A stretch of 63,725 nt of DNA, filler included, from Reticulomyxa filosa (Eukaryota > Protista > Foraminifera): NCBI GenBank assembly GCA_000512085.1. It is 17 parts of 17 records of this genome, joined end to end, with 100 filler letters (N's around TTAATTAATTAA, not from the genome) between each part and the next. Parts side by side here need not be neighbours in the genome. Positions count along the whole stretch, not along the records: positions 55,204 to 63,725 come from ASPP01007030.1; 16 more parts are not named here. One strand, given 5' to 3'. The position numbers and the translations under genes are program-made. This document shows, piece after piece, positions 62,566 through 63,725 of the stretch. The notes beneath the pieces are model-generated. The model was not told the DNA's origin, did not search any database, and saw only the letters and a program-made list of their open reading frames with translations. How positions within the stretch are numbered: position 1 is the stretch's first letter; each line of letters begins with the position of its first letter.

Positions 62566-63725
62566 AATGTGTTTTGACTATCGGCAGAGTATTGCTTGCA
62601 ATGACTCAGCCGAACAACGAGAATCTGAAGAGGGCCACGTTGTTATTAGGAAGTTTTATGGAAGATCAAAAATCAGTATTATGTCTAATGCAGCAATTGG
62701 ACCAATCGTCCAATGCAGAAGTGAGACAAGTTGCAGCTGTTTATTTAAGAGAACAAGTTAATTTATTTATTTACTCCCTTTCCTTTTTCCTCTTTTCTTC
62801 CTTAAAGAAACAGTCCGCAATTTCGAGTTTGGTGGACACCAAGATTAAAAAAAAGAACCTCACAAAACAAAACGAAAAAAAAGATTGAATCGTTTTGGAA
62901 AAAAATCCCAACGGACCTGAAAGAAAAATTGAAAAAGTTTTTGATAGAAAAACTGTTTGGGGCGAAAGAAAAGGCAGAGAGACTGGCGATAGCATCAGTG
63001 ACGACAACAGCAGCAAGACTAATATTTGTAAAAGAGCAATGGACAGAGTTGTTACAAGCCTTGGAGAAGGCATCAGCAAAACCAGCTCCAGTGGATCTGC
63101 GTGAAGTTTGGTGGTGTGTTATTGTATTATATTTATATATTTATATATTTTATTATCATTATTATTATTATTATTATTGTATTTTATATTGTATTGTATT
63201 ATTTCATTTTTGTTTTTCCCTCCTTTTTTTTTTTTAAAATATCAAAATAAAGATGGAAAAAAAAAGAGAAAGAGAGGGGAGGGGGGGGCATGAATGTGGG
63301 ATGTGAAACTAGGTCGTGTTTACGATATGGCGGAATATAGTGCAGTTTTGTGGGGGGTCATTGAAAAAACACTTCAACAAGATCTTACCCATCTTGAACA
63401 AAGGTTTGGAAGATGAGGAATCTCAGAAAATCCAAGTGGAGTCTCTGAAAGCAATTGGAGCCATGGTCGAGTTCCTCGAAGACCAACGCGAAGTTCAAAT
63501 CTTGGAATCGGTCATTCCACAAATGGTCGCCGTCATCGACAAGTGTCTGAAAAAGGGTGACGAACAGAATGTCTGTGAAGGCATTGGAGTCTTCATTGAG
63601 TTGGTCGAATCCAAAGTCCCCGTCTTAAAAAAGCACGGAGTCCGACTCACTCAATTCATGCTGAAAATTGCTGCTGCAAAAGTTTTTTATTTTTTATTTT
63701 TTTTATATTATTTACAAAGTTTAAT
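62566..63725 (+). CDS. Importin-beta family protein (importin-4/Kap123-like), 3' truncated; start uncertain
   Basis: QPNNENLKRAT...SSNAEVRQVAAVYLR (IBN_N-like), EQWTELLQAL and HEAT-like KGLEDEESQKIQVESLKAIG. Confidence 0.8.

Overview
This window is not one locus. It is 17 unrelated contigs joined by 16 artificial 100-bp spacers (N44-TTAATTAATTAA-N44), so adjacency across a spacer means nothing. Fifteen contigs look like an AT-rich, intron-rich protist genome; my inference from gene content and homopolymer/(TA)n-filled introns is a rhizarian/foraminiferan such as Reticulomyxa, unverified. They carry DHFR-TS, a sucrose-phosphatase-like HAD enzyme, a PTB/hnRNP-L-like RRM protein, epsinR-like, ankyrin, LRAT-domain, class C GPCR-like and RGS proteins, a histone H3 variant, a Deg/HtrA protease, DLEC1-like and importin-beta genes. 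They also carry a dead Tc1 (DD34E) transposon and decayed CRE-like non-LTR retroelements. Two contigs are bacterial: 12471-18182 is low-GC, IS-littered and endosymbiont-like, and 48399-49461 is high-GC and alphaproteobacterial-like. I cannot establish a complete novel system. The best leads are: a cryptic Hsp20-BON-BON fusion, an unrecognised-repeat effector-like protein, three kinds of miniature IS relics in the low-GC bacterial contig, an unassigned structured RNA candidate at 28131-28317, a 125-bp hairpin, and an ATG_C-like + LRAT fusion protein. Many single-base frameshifts sit in homopolymers and are probably sequencing errors. All family assignments are motif recognition by eye, not database searches.
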